Positions 1 through 8,794 of a stretch of DNA of 24,000 nt are shown here, piece after piece. The first letter of the stretch is position 1; the number at the start of each line of letters is the position of its first letter. A program made the translations under genes and the position numbers. Below the pieces are notes generated by a model that saw nothing but the letters and a program-made list of their open reading frames with translations, had not been told where the DNA came from and ran no database searches. Source of the DNA: Chloroflexota bacterium (GTDB lineage: Bacteria > Chloroflexota > Anaerolineae > Anaerolineales > Anaerolineaceae). The DNA lies in NCBI GenBank assembly GCA_012797815.1, contig JAAZOK010000075.1, positions 8,484 through 32,483 of the forward strand, given 5' to 3'.

Positions 1-1
1 G

Positions 2-673
2 GTGGTCGTTTCGCATTATCCCAGCACCGGCATCACTCCTTCTTATGGGTTGGTCGCAAGAATACGGGATAAGATCAAGATTCCCATGACCATCTTGATC
101 CGTCCTAACACCCGCAGCAGCATACCCACCGAAGAAGATATTGAAACCTCGTTAACGGATATCGAAATATTCAAATCTCTTGGGATGAATGATTTCCTGC
201 TTGGATTTATCGATCAATTCAACAATCCCCATGGAGAAACTATCCGAGCCATTCATAGTCAATTCAACGGAATACGCATTCACAGCAATACCGCTTGGGA
301 AGGATCTAATAATTTCAGCGAAACGATAGATAATCTGATCAAGGCAGGCTACTATTCAGTACGCATGGGAGGTAGAAATACATCCAATCTTGGATTCCAT
401 ACCGACGCCAGCCGGGTGGTTGCTAAGATCAGCACGATAAAAGATTATATCCATGAGAGAATCATGCTTTACCTAACAGGAGGAATCACGGCAACGAATC
501 TCCCATATTTAATGATGAAAACCCATGTTTACAACATTCAGGTAGGCAGAGGGGTACGCACTCCTAACAACTCCTTCAGTCCAGTAAATAGCAATAAAGT
601 TTCCCAAATCAGCCATGTCTTGAATGCCCTTTACGAAGAAATCGAAATTTCAAATTCTGACATAAATCAATAG
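2..673 (+). CDS. CutC-family protein (copper homeostasis CutC-like TIM barrel), 5' end cut by window edge
   Basis: The ORF is open to the window start. 'GITPSYGLV...IPMTILIRP' aligns by eye with the E. coli CutC segment 'GGLTPSLGVL...IPVHPIIRPR', and later spacing also fits ('GFID' vs 'GVLD', 'LTGGITATNL' vs 'MAGAGVRAENL'). Several conserved CutC positions are divergent. Confidence 0.5.
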   Translation: MVVSHYPSTGITPSYGLVARIRDKIKIPMTILIRPNTRSSIPTEEDIETSLTDIEIFKSLGMNDFLLGFIDQFNNPHGETIRAIHSQFNGIRIHSNTAWEGSNNFSETIDNLIKAGYYSVRMGGRNTSNLGFHTDASRVVAKISTIKDYIHERIMLYLTGGITATNLPYLMMKTHVYNIQVGRGVRTPNNSFSPVNSNKVSQISHVLNALYEEIEISNSDINQ

Positions 674-744
674 TTTTCCTGCGAAATGTTACCTTGGTAC
701 TTTCTTACTTGAATCTTACAAAACTATGTTAAATTTAAAGCACT

Positions 745-1650
745 ATGTCATTTCAAGATCTAATTAACGGAGAGCTCGCAGTCAACTTCGCCAAAGGATT
801 GGCAAAAATGTTACCCGAGAAATTGGGTTTTGGTATGGCTGATTCAATCGCAGATATGATTGCCAAACGCAGCACATCTTCCATGGTGCGATGCAGCAGG
901 GCAAATCAATGGATTGTCAGCGAAAAAAAACTCACCAAGGATGAACTGGACCAGCGGGTATTTGAGGTATTTGACCACACTGCCTATTGTTTATTTGATC
1001 TGTACCACAATATCGATGAACCACAAACCCTGCTCAGTAAGATCACGTTCAGCCCCAAATTAGAGAAAATCCTTGATGAGCGGGAAAAATGCGGAGAGGG
1101 AACCATATACGTTACCCCCCACCTCAGCAATTTTGATCTGGCAGGACGCGCCATTACCTACAGCGGACACCACATCCTGGTTCTTTCTTATCCCAATCCT
1201 AATAAAGGCTATCAACTACAGAACAAACTACGGAAAGAATATGATATCGAGATCATGCCCATGTCCGTCGAATCTCTGCGACTTGGCAAACAGCGTCTGC
1301 AAGAAGGCAAAGCAATCATCACCGGATTGGATCGCCCTCTGGATGAGACCAAATATCATCCCAGGTTCTTCGGATATCCCTCCAATGTGCCCGTCACGTA
1401 TATTAAATTAGCGCAACAAACCAAAGTGCCGATCGTGGTGGTGGCATGCATGGGCAACGAGAATGGGGCTTATACTGCCGATGCATCGGACCTGATCTAC
1501 ATGCATAATTACCACGATCCCATCCAGGATATGGAACGAAATGCCGAAAAAGTGTTAAAACAAGCAGAAGTTTTTATTCGAGCCCATCCCAACCAATGGT
1601 CGATGTTCTACCCTGTTTGGCCTTGGGCACTGGACGAGATGCCTGAATAA
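745..1650 (+). CDS. Lysophospholipid/lipid-A-type acyltransferase (LpxL/HtrB/PatA-like LPLAT family)
   Basis: 301 aa. HX4D acyltransferase motif 'HLSNFD'. Size and layout fit HtrB/PatA-like enzymes. It sits immediately upstream of a CDP-alcohol phosphatidyltransferase, as in PI/PIM-type lipid loci. Confidence 0.6.
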   Translation: MSFQDLINGELAVNFAKGLAKMLPEKLGFGMADSIADMIAKRSTSSMVRCSRANQWIVSEKKLTKDELDQRVFEVFDHTAYCLFDLYHNIDEPQTLLSKITFSPKLEKILDEREKCGEGTIYVTPHLSNFDLAGRAITYSGHHILVLSYPNPNKGYQLQNKLRKEYDIEIMPMSVESLRLGKQRLQEGKAIITGLDRPLDETKYHPRFFGYPSNVPVTYIKLAQQTKVPIVVVACMGNENGAYTADASDLIYMHNYHDPIQDMERNAEKVLKQAEVFIRAHPNQWSMFYPVWPWALDEMPE

Positions 1651-1675
1651 TTATCTCTATCGAAAGGAATTAAAT

Positions 1676-2377
1676 ATGGACACACAAAAGACCGAGAAGG
1701 ATATTTCCGAACATGAACGCATCAATGATATTTTGTTAGGTCCACTCGAACGACCAGCAATCGCCTGGCTGGTCGAACATATGCCCGCCTGGGTGACCTC
1801 GGACCATCTTACCTTTTTAGGATTAGCTGCCGCCCCGGTCATCGGGATAAGCTATTGGGCGACAAACTACAATGAGGGCTTCTTATGGCTGGCAAGTTTT
1901 GGATTTTTCCTGAATTGGTTTGGGGACAGCCTGGATGGAAATCTGGCTCGCTATCGCAAAACAGAACGACCGAAGTACGGTTATTATATCGACCACATCG
2001 TCGATACCATCAGTGAGATCATCATCTTTTTAGGACTGGGCTTATCCAAGTATGTGAATTTTGATCTGGCCATGTTGGGGTTGATCGGGTATCTATGTAT
2101 GACCATCCAGGTCTATATCACCACCAATGTGCGGGGGGTTTTCAAAATCTCTTACGGCAAACTGGGACCAACCGAAATTCGCGCCATCGCGATCATTGCC
2201 AACACCTTCATTTTCTTTGTTGGCAATCCCACCATCTCCCTGCCCTTTGGAGAGATCGGGCTTTATAACATTATCGTAGGTGTGGTAGTCATTCTGCTGT
2301 ATACCATCTTTGTGATCACCGTTTTTCAGGAAGCGCGCACGCTTGATAAAGAAGATCGCAAAAAATGGAAGAAATAG
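1676..2377 (+). CDS. CDP-alcohol phosphatidyltransferase family protein
   Basis: Signature 'DSLDGNLAR...G-YYI-D-HIV-D' (DGxxAR...GxxxDxxxD). Multiple hydrophobic helices. AAAGGAA RBS upstream of the ATG. Confidence 0.8.
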   Translation: MDTQKTEKDISEHERINDILLGPLERPAIAWLVEHMPAWVTSDHLTFLGLAAAPVIGISYWATNYNEGFLWLASFGFFLNWFGDSLDGNLARYRKTERPKYGYYIDHIVDTISEIIIFLGLGLSKYVNFDLAMLGLIGYLCMTIQVYITTNVRGVFKISYGKLGPTEIRAIAIIANTFIFFVGNPTISLPFGEIGLYNIIVGVVVILLYTIFVITVFQEARTLDKEDRKKWKK

Positions 2378-2485
2378 GCTCGCTCCTGTTTTTAATAGAG
2401 TGTTAACTTGGCGATTATTTCACAAAATTGAATTCGCGTTATAATAGGTTGGTTTGATTAAAATCACTTATATAACAGGGAGTTC

Positions 2486-3436
2486 ATGATGATTGTTACT
2501 ACAAAAAAATTATTTGAAGCAGCCTACGGTAATTATGCTATTGGCGCTTACAACATCAACAACCTTGAACAGACCATGGGATTATTTGAAGGGAATTTAA
2601 TGAGCAAGGCTCCTTTCATCATCCAGATCAGTCGAGGAGCACGAGATTATACCAATAAATTAATGCTGCAAGCATTGATCAATGCCGCCGATGAGGTTTT
2701 TCCCGAAGCAATTTTTGCTGTTCATCTCGACCATGGGGATGAGCAAACTTGTTATGACTGCATCGAGAGTGGCTTCTACAGTTCTGTAATGATCGATGCC
2801 AGCCACGAGCCTTTCGAAAAGAACATCGAGATCACCAAACGAGTAGTTGACGCAGCTCACGCCAAAGGTCTGGTTGTGGAAGCAGAACTCGGACAATTGG
2901 GTGGGGTTGAGGAACATATCAAGGTCAGCGAAAGCGAAGCACGCCTGACCAATCCGGATCAGGCAAAAGAATTTGTTGATCGCAGCGGCTGTGATTCACT
3001 GGCAGTTGCTATTGGCACCAGTCACGGTGCTTTCAAATTCTCCGGAAGCCAATCCTTGCATTTTGATGTTCTGTCACAGATCCAGAAAAATCTACCCGGT
3101 TTCCCGCTGGTCATGCACGGCAGCAGTTCCGTTCCACAGGAAGAAGTAGAGCGCATCAATAAAGCTGGCGGTAAATTGCAGGGAGCCAAAGGGGTGGATG
3201 CGAACGAGTTCAAGCAGGCTGCCAAACTGGGTGTGACCAAGATCAACATCGACACCGATGGGCGCCTGGTATGGACGCGCGTCCATCGCGAATATTTCAT
3301 GGAGCATCCCGAAGGATTCGACCTGCGCAAACCCGGTACAATTTTCATGAAAGAATACGCCAAGTACATTGCCGCTAAAAACGAAAAACTTGGAAGTACA
3401 GGTCAATTGGACGCCTTGAGGAAATTTTTAGGCTGA
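2486..3436 (+). CDS. fba: Fructose-bisphosphate aldolase, class II
   Basis: 316 aa. N-terminus 'AYGNYAIGAYNINNLEQ', Zn-ligand region 'HLDHG', 'GTSHGAFKF', 'VMHGSS'. GGGAG RBS. Confidence 0.9.
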   Translation: MMIVTTKKLFEAAYGNYAIGAYNINNLEQTMGLFEGNLMSKAPFIIQISRGARDYTNKLMLQALINAADEVFPEAIFAVHLDHGDEQTCYDCIESGFYSSVMIDASHEPFEKNIEITKRVVDAAHAKGLVVEAELGQLGGVEEHIKVSESEARLTNPDQAKEFVDRSGCDSLAVAIGTSHGAFKFSGSQSLHFDVLSQIQKNLPGFPLVMHGSSSVPQEEVERINKAGGKLQGAKGVDANEFKQAAKLGVTKINIDTDGRLVWTRVHREYFMEHPEGFDLRKPGTIFMKEYAKYIAAKNEKLGSTGQLDALRKFLG

Positions 3437-3470
3437 ATGATCAAAATTTCTGATTGAAACAAGGAAAAGA

Positions 3471-3513
3471 AAGGGACGCTACTTCTGCCAAAAACTTACA
3501 GCGTCCCTTTTTC
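3471..3513 (+). terminator. Intrinsic terminator after fba
   Basis: 10-bp stem AAGGGACGCT (3471-3480) / AGCGTCCCTT (3500-3509), 19-nt loop, followed by a T run (to 3512). Confidence 0.65.
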
Positions 3514-3555
3514 AATGATAGAATCTTGAAAAGAGAGGTTATTTAATAAGATTCA

Positions 3556-4323
3556 ATGACAAATAAAAATTATTTAATTGATATGGATGGCGTGCTGGTT
3601 CAGGGCAAGAAGATGATCCCCGGCGCCGATCAATTCATCGAAAGACTGCGGGAAAAGGAATGTAAATTCCTGATCCTAACGAACAACAGCATCTATACCC
3701 CGGTAGACTTAGCGCATAAATTACAAACATCAGGCATACAGGTCACTCAGGATGAGATCTATACCTCCGCCATGGCAACTGCCAACTTTATGAAAACACA
3801 AAAGACGGGAGGAAATGCTTTCGTGATCGGAGAGAGCGGGCTGAATCTGGCTATCCACGAAGCTGGCTTTATCCTGACCCCCGAAAAAGCGGATTTTGTG
3901 GTGCTGGGAGAGACATTTGACTACAACTTCCGCCAGGTGACCAAAGCCATGCGCCTGATCATGGAAGGGGCACACTTTTTAGCTACCAACCCCGATCCTT
4001 CCGGACCCAGTGATGAGGGTCTGGTGCCCGCGTGTGGAGCGATGGCATCCTTGATCGAAAAAGCCAGTGGGAAAAGCCCCTTTTATTGTGGCAAACCCAA
4101 TCCCTTCATGATGCGTTCTGCTCTGAATCATCTGGGGGTGCACTCCGAAGATACCGTCATGATCGGTGATCGCATGGATACGGATGTGATCGCCGGATTA
4201 CAAAGTGGCATGGAGACCATTCTGGTGCTGACTGGTGTGACCAGCCCTAAAGATATCGAGGAATTTCCCTACCGCCCACACCATATCGTCAATTCTGTGA
4301 AAGAAATTGCAGTAAACCAATAA
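3556..4323 (+). CDS. HAD-superfamily subfamily IIA hydrolase (NagD-like sugar phosphatase)
   Basis: HAD motifs 'DMDGVL' (DxD), 'LTNNS', 'GKPNP', 'GDRMDTD'. Length 255 aa. Confidence 0.8.
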   Translation: MTNKNYLIDMDGVLVQGKKMIPGADQFIERLREKECKFLILTNNSIYTPVDLAHKLQTSGIQVTQDEIYTSAMATANFMKTQKTGGNAFVIGESGLNLAIHEAGFILTPEKADFVVLGETFDYNFRQVTKAMRLIMEGAHFLATNPDPSGPSDEGLVPACGAMASLIEKASGKSPFYCGKPNPFMMRSALNHLGVHSEDTVMIGDRMDTDVIAGLQSGMETILVLTGVTSPKDIEEFPYRPHHIVNSVKEIAVNQ

Positions 4324-4342
4324 CACATTAAAATATCCAAAC

Positions 4343-6157
4343 GTGAACGAAACGCCATTTTCCATCGAATTTCAACCCATCGGGATCCGTCTGCTTTGCA
4401 CCGAGCCGGTCACACTGCTGGATGCCGCCAGGCAAGCAGGCATCCAATTACACAGCACCTGCGGGGGAAAAGGCACCTGCGGAAAATGCGCTCTCACCAT
4501 TTTGGAGGGTGGCGGCAGTCCACTAACCCGCAATGAGGAGATCTTTCGAAAAGGCGGAATATTAAAACCGGACGAACGACTAGCCTGTGAAATCATCGTT
4601 CAATCAGATACGAAAGTTTTCATCCCCCCCACTTCGTTCGAGAAAGCACAGGTTCTGCAAACTGAAGGAGAATTCAAACAAATCACGGTCGCTTCTCCCA
4701 TCCACATAGAAGAACTACATCTCAGGCAACCCGACCTTGCCCATCCGCTTTCTGACCAACACAATATCAGCCAGGCGCATGCTCAGCTCAATTTTGAAAA
4801 CGATGATACTGCGTTGAAGGTATTGAGAAACGCAGCGACGATCATCCGCACAGGGAATTGGGAGGCATTTGCAGTTTGTAATCACGATCACATCTTCCAT
4901 ATCCTGAAAGAACAACCAAAACTGAAGGTGGGTGTGGCGGTGGATATCGGCTCCACCAAGATCGCTTGTTACCTGCTGAATCTTGCCAATGGCAATACGC
5001 TGGCGGTAGAGGGTGTGCCCAACCCCCAGATCGCGTATGGTGAAGATATTATGACACGTTTGAGTTTTGCCATGCAGGGTAGCTCCTCACAAAAACACCT
5101 GCATGACCTTACCATGGATGCGATCAACCAAGCCATCAGCGAGCTTTGCAGCAGATCGGGCATTTCAAGTGAATCGAGCATGGATTTTTGTCTGGTAGGC
5201 AACACTGCTATGCACCACTTTTTGCTTGATCTACCCTCACGATCACTGGCGACTTCTCCCTTTACACCGGTCGTCGACCAGGAATTATATATAACAGCCT
5301 CTGAAATCGGATTGAAAGGAATGCCGGGCAGCAAAGCTTTCATCCCGGGTCCGATCGCCGGATTTGTGGGGTCCGACCATCTGGCCTTCTTGTTCTCGGA
5401 GGAGTTTGGAAAAACCGGGGCAATAAGGCTGGGCATTGATATTGGCACCAACACGGAGATCGCTTTACAAAAAGGTCAACGGATCGTGAGCTGTTCCACC
5501 GCGTCCGGACCGGCTTTTGAGGGTGCCCATATTCGCTTTGGAATGCGCGCAGCTCCCGGTGCAATTGAACACGTCCGAATCACCGGAGATGGAAAAGTGA
5601 AATGTGATGTGATCGGAGAAAAACCAGCAAGGGGAATTTGCGGATCGGGAATTCTGGACATCATTTCCGAGATGAAACGTACGGGTATTTTAAACAAACG
5701 CGGACGGCTGGATCTGAACCATCCGGGGGTACACCTTGGAGAGGAGAAAGTGCGCTATTTCCCGCTCATCGCAGCAGATAAAGAGCAAAGAGAAATCAGT
5801 ATTTCTCAAAAAGATATCGACCAGATCTTATTAGCCAAGGGGGCTATCCGCAGCGGCATTTCTATCTTGATGGATCATCTGCAAGTCAAATCCGAGGATA
5901 TCGAAGAGATCATCATCGCCGGAGCATTTGGATCTTATCTCAACCCTTACCATGCCATTCAGATCGGTATGTTGCCAGAGATAGACTTGAGCCGCATTAG
6001 AGCCGTCGGAAATGCAGCCGGTTCTGGCGCAAAAATGATGTTGCTCTCGGAAACCGCCCGCTTGGAGGCCAGTGATCTGGCACACAGGATCGAGCACCTG
6101 GAATTGAACACCTATCCTGATTTCGACATGTTCTTCGTCCATGGAATTCGTTTCTAA
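4343..6157 (+). CDS. 2Fe-2S ferredoxin domain + ASKHA ATPase protein (RACo-like corrinoid activation/regeneration family, DUF4445/COG3894 type)
   Basis: N-terminal plant-type ferredoxin motif 'CGGKGTCGKCAL...LACE'. C-terminal sugar-kinase/actin-like fold signatures ('VAVDIGSTKI', 'GIDIGTNTEI', 'GNAAGSGA'). GTG start with no obvious RBS. Confidence 0.7.
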   Translation: MNETPFSIEFQPIGIRLLCTEPVTLLDAARQAGIQLHSTCGGKGTCGKCALTILEGGGSPLTRNEEIFRKGGILKPDERLACEIIVQSDTKVFIPPTSFEKAQVLQTEGEFKQITVASPIHIEELHLRQPDLAHPLSDQHNISQAHAQLNFENDDTALKVLRNAATIIRTGNWEAFAVCNHDHIFHILKEQPKLKVGVAVDIGSTKIACYLLNLANGNTLAVEGVPNPQIAYGEDIMTRLSFAMQGSSSQKHLHDLTMDAINQAISELCSRSGISSESSMDFCLVGNTAMHHFLLDLPSRSLATSPFTPVVDQELYITASEIGLKGMPGSKAFIPGPIAGFVGSDHLAFLFSEEFGKTGAIRLGIDIGTNTEIALQKGQRIVSCSTASGPAFEGAHIRFGMRAAPGAIEHVRITGDGKVKCDVIGEKPARGICGSGILDIISEMKRTGILNKRGRLDLNHPGVHLGEEKVRYFPLIAADKEQREISISQKDIDQILLAKGAIRSGISILMDHLQVKSEDIEEIIIAGAFGSYLNPYHAIQIGMLPEIDLSRIRAVGNAAGSGAKMMLLSETARLEASDLAHRIEHLELNTYPDFDMFFVHGIRF

Positions 6158-6202
6158 TGAGATAAAGTTTCTCCTCAAAAAACTCGCTCATACCCGCGAA
6201 AC

Positions 6203-7516
6203 TTACAGAACAAACACCAATACGGCACTGGCAAAACCCAGATAGATCAAGTACCCCAGTGAATCCGCCATGGTTGCCACCAGGATCGGTGAAGCCAGGG
6301 CGGGATCGACCTTTAAATGATTCATGAGCAGCGGAATTACAATACCGGTAATAGAAGTGATCATGATGTTGATCAGGGTCGCACCACCTGCGATAAAGCC
6401 CAGGTTCAGGTTCCCTTTCCATACATAACCGATCAAAACTACAATGCCACCCAGGATGATGCCATTCACCAGACCCAACAACAGTGATTTCCAGATCGAA
6501 GCACGTGCTTCTTTTTTCGTGATCTCTCCTGTTGCCAAGCTGCGTACCGTTACGGTGAGCGTTTGTGTTCCGGAACTGCCACTCACACCAGCAACGATCG
6601 GAAAGAAGGAAGCCAGGGCTGCCATCTGAGCGATGGTACTCTCGAAAAGGCTGAGCACTGTACCCGAGATCATCGCCATGAACAAATTCACTATCAGCCA
6701 GGGCAGCCTGCTTTTTACAGCATCTTTTAAGGATCGATCACCGGGTCTTTCATTGGAGATACCACCCAGCCGGTAGATATCTTCGGTAGCTTCATCTTCC
6801 AGAATATCCAATGAGTCGTCATACGTGATGACTCCTAACAACCGCTCCCCTTCATCGACAACCGGCAGCGCCAGAAGATCATAGCGCTTTACAATGCGTA
6901 CGGCTTCTTCCTGATCGGTCTCTGCAGGGACTGAGATCACGTCACGCTCCATGATCGACCCGATCAGTGTATCTTTGGATGCGACCACCAGGTTGCGTAA
7001 ATTGACCACCCCTACCAGCACCCCGGTATCATCCACAACGAACAGATAGTAGATCTGTTCTGCATCAGGTGATTCCTCACGCAAATGCTTAATAGCCTCA
7101 TTGACCGTCATATCTTCTTTCAAGATGACATCAGCAGCCGTCATCAGACCACCGGCGGACTCATCATTGTGCTCCAGCAGGGGGATGACCTCTTCGGCTT
7201 CTTTCATGTTCTGGATCGCCTGGGTGGCAATACCCGGTTTGATATCACCCAACAGGTCCGCTGCTTCATCCGGTTCCATATAATCCAGAATTTTGGCAAG
7301 GTTCTTGGTTTGCAGGCGCTCTGCGACCTCGGCAGCTTCTTCATTCGGCATTTCCTCGAGGATGTCAGCGGAGTCTTCCGGACTGAGTTTAGGTAGTAAT
7401 TTATCCTGTTCTTCAGGTTGCAGATCATCAAAAACGTTCGCCTGATCAGCCGGCTTCAATGCCTCAAGCAGACCAACGGCGCTCTTAAGATCACCACGTT
7501 CCAGGGCACTACGCAC
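6203..7516 (-). CDS. mgtE: Magnesium transporter MgtE
   Basis: N-domain rich in acidic residues, tandem CBS region ('VVDDTGVLVGVV', 'LPVVDEGERLLGVITYDD'), C-terminal 5-TM MgtE channel domain. The track start is a GTG without SD; a strong SD precedes an in-frame ATC at 7558 (see findings). Confidence 0.88.
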   Translation of the reverse strand: MRSALERGDLKSAVGLLEALKPADQANVFDDLQPEEQDKLLPKLSPEDSADILEEMPNEEAAEVAERLQTKNLAKILDYMEPDEAADLLGDIKPGIATQAIQNMKEAEEVIPLLEHNDESAGGLMTAADVILKEDMTVNEAIKHLREESPDAEQIYYLFVVDDTGVLVGVVNLRNLVVASKDTLIGSIMERDVISVPAETDQEEAVRIVKRYDLLALPVVDEGERLLGVITYDDSLDILEDEATEDIYRLGGISNERPGDRSLKDAVKSRLPWLIVNLFMAMISGTVLSLFESTIAQMAALASFFPIVAGVSGSSGTQTLTVTVRSLATGEITKKEARASIWKSLLLGLVNGIILGGIVVLIGYVWKGNLNLGFIAGGATLINIMITSITGIVIPLLMNHLKVDPALASPILVATMADSLGYLIYLGFASAVLVFVL

Positions 7517-7607
7517 CTGGTTCAGCAGGATATCGACATTAATGACATATTCTTTGATGGCACACCTCCCATTCCGTTCGTTATACTACCGGTAAATTAC
7601 ACACCGC

Positions 7608-8537
7608 TTAAAGCCAGTTGATCTTCTTGAAGAAGATAATGACAGCCAGCATGATCGCAACAGAGATACCGGCGATGATAGAAAAGGCATTGGAGTTGCC
7701 CGTCCAGGGCAATCCCACATTCATGCCCCAAAAGCTGGCGACGATCGTAGGCAAGCTCAGAATGATGGTCCAGGCGGTCATGATCTTAAAGATGATATTC
7801 TGATTATTTTGGATGATCGAAGCGTAGGCATCCATCATCTGGCTGAGCAAATTGCCGGCGATACCGGTCATTTCGATCGCCTGTTGGTTTTCAATGATCA
7901 CATCATCTAAAAGATCGGAATCATCCGGAAAGATGGTAAAAAATTTGTTGCGCTGCAATCGTTCGAACATGATCTCATTGGAACGCAAAGCTGTCGAAAA
8001 ATATTCCAGACACTTCTGATATTTCAGAAGTTCCAACACTTCTTTGTTGCGGATAGAACGCTGAAGTTCATCCTCGATACGATCGATCAATTTTTGAATA
8101 CTGCGCAGGTAAGACAAAAAATGATTCGCATTCGCCAGCATGATCTGCAGAATAAAACGGTTTCGTTTAACGGTAGAGAAATACTTGCCGTTCTTGCTCA
8201 TGATGCTGTTGATCAAGTCATTTTCATAACGGCAGATTGTCACAATGACCTGGTCGGTGAAAATGATGCCTAAGGGAATGGCAATATAGGGAATATCTTC
8301 ATCCCAGCTCTGGTAGAAAGGAATACGCAACAAGATCAGGGTATATCCATCATCTTTTTCTGTGCGGGATCTCTCATCCAGATCCAACGGATAAGTGATG
8401 AAGTCTTTAGGAATTCCCCAGGAGAGCAGCCTTTCAATTTCAGACTCGCTGGGATTTACAACATTGATCCACGCCCCATCAGAAATTTCTTCGATAGGGA
8501 TGAGTTTTTCATTTTTTGTCTGCAGGATCTTGATCAT
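7608..8537 (-). CDS. corA: CorA-family magnesium/cobalt transporter
   Basis: 309 aa. C-terminal two TM helices with the signature 'FWGMNVGLPW' (GMN motif). GGAGGTG RBS 5 nt upstream of the ATG. Confidence 0.88.
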   Translation of the reverse strand: MIKILQTKNEKLIPIEEISDGAWINVVNPSESEIERLLSWGIPKDFITYPLDLDERSRTEKDDGYTLILLRIPFYQSWDEDIPYIAIPLGIIFTDQVIVTICRYENDLINSIMSKNGKYFSTVKRNRFILQIMLANANHFLSYLRSIQKLIDRIEDELQRSIRNKEVLELLKYQKCLEYFSTALRSNEIMFERLQRNKFFTIFPDDSDLLDDVIIENQQAIEMTGIAGNLLSQMMDAYASIIQNNQNIIFKIMTAWTIILSLPTIVASFWGMNVGLPWTGNSNAFSIIAGISVAIMLAVIIFFKKINWL

Positions 8538-8570
8538 GGGTCACCTCCAATAACCATTATTCCTGACTGA

Positions 8571-8616
8571 AAACAAAAGCTCCCAGCAAATCCAGGTGAA
8601 CCATGCTGAGAGCTTG
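8571..8616 (-). terminator. Intrinsic terminator/attenuator hairpin inside the corA leader
   Basis: Minus strand: AAGCTCTCAGCA (8616-8605), 15-nt loop, TGCTGGGAGCTT (8589-8578). This gives a 12-bp stem with one G-U, followed by TTGTTTT. It lies about 35 nt upstream of the corA ATG. Confidence 0.55.
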
Positions 8617-8661
8617 TACTGCAGAATACAGACAAAGCAGTTAAATGAAGAGGCTGCCTAT

Positions 8662-8757
8662 TACAAAGCACCTCCAAGCCAGCATAATTCGCATGGAAAT
8701 CTTGTTAAGCTACGTCTAGGGTCAGGATCTAAATCGTAAGATTTTTCTTCTTGCATT
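8662..8757 (-). CDS. Candidate leader peptide sORF (31 aa, MQEEKSYDLDPDPRRSLTRFPCELCWLGGAL)
   Basis: ATG preceded by AAAGGA. The ORF lies between the predicted promoter and the leader terminator. Its Asp-Pro-Asp-Pro-Arg-Arg core resembles Salmonella MgtL. It is too short to judge from sequence alone. Confidence 0.3.
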
Positions 8758-8794
8758 TTTCCTTTACTCACTTTTTAAGTAACTGCACCAATTA

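Noticed and set aside
860-1411. Alternative-frame + ORFs (67 aa, 112 aa) within the acyltransferase gene
   Set aside because: Same-strand out-of-frame ORFs with no RBS and an implausible composition. The 745-1650 frame carries the HX4D motif.
4969-5454. 161-aa minus-strand ORF within the RACo-like gene (and neighbours 5340-5697)
   Set aside because: Antisense shadow ORFs. The + frame has coherent ASKHA motifs.
8538-8790. M-box (ykoK) Mg2+ riboswitch upstream of corA
   Set aside because: Context and size fit, and 'AAGCTCT' resembles the 3' M-box block. However, I could not find the conserved GUUAGGUGAGGCU, CUGCCC or AAUGGG blocks on the minus strand. I report it only as an unclassified leader pending an Rfam scan.
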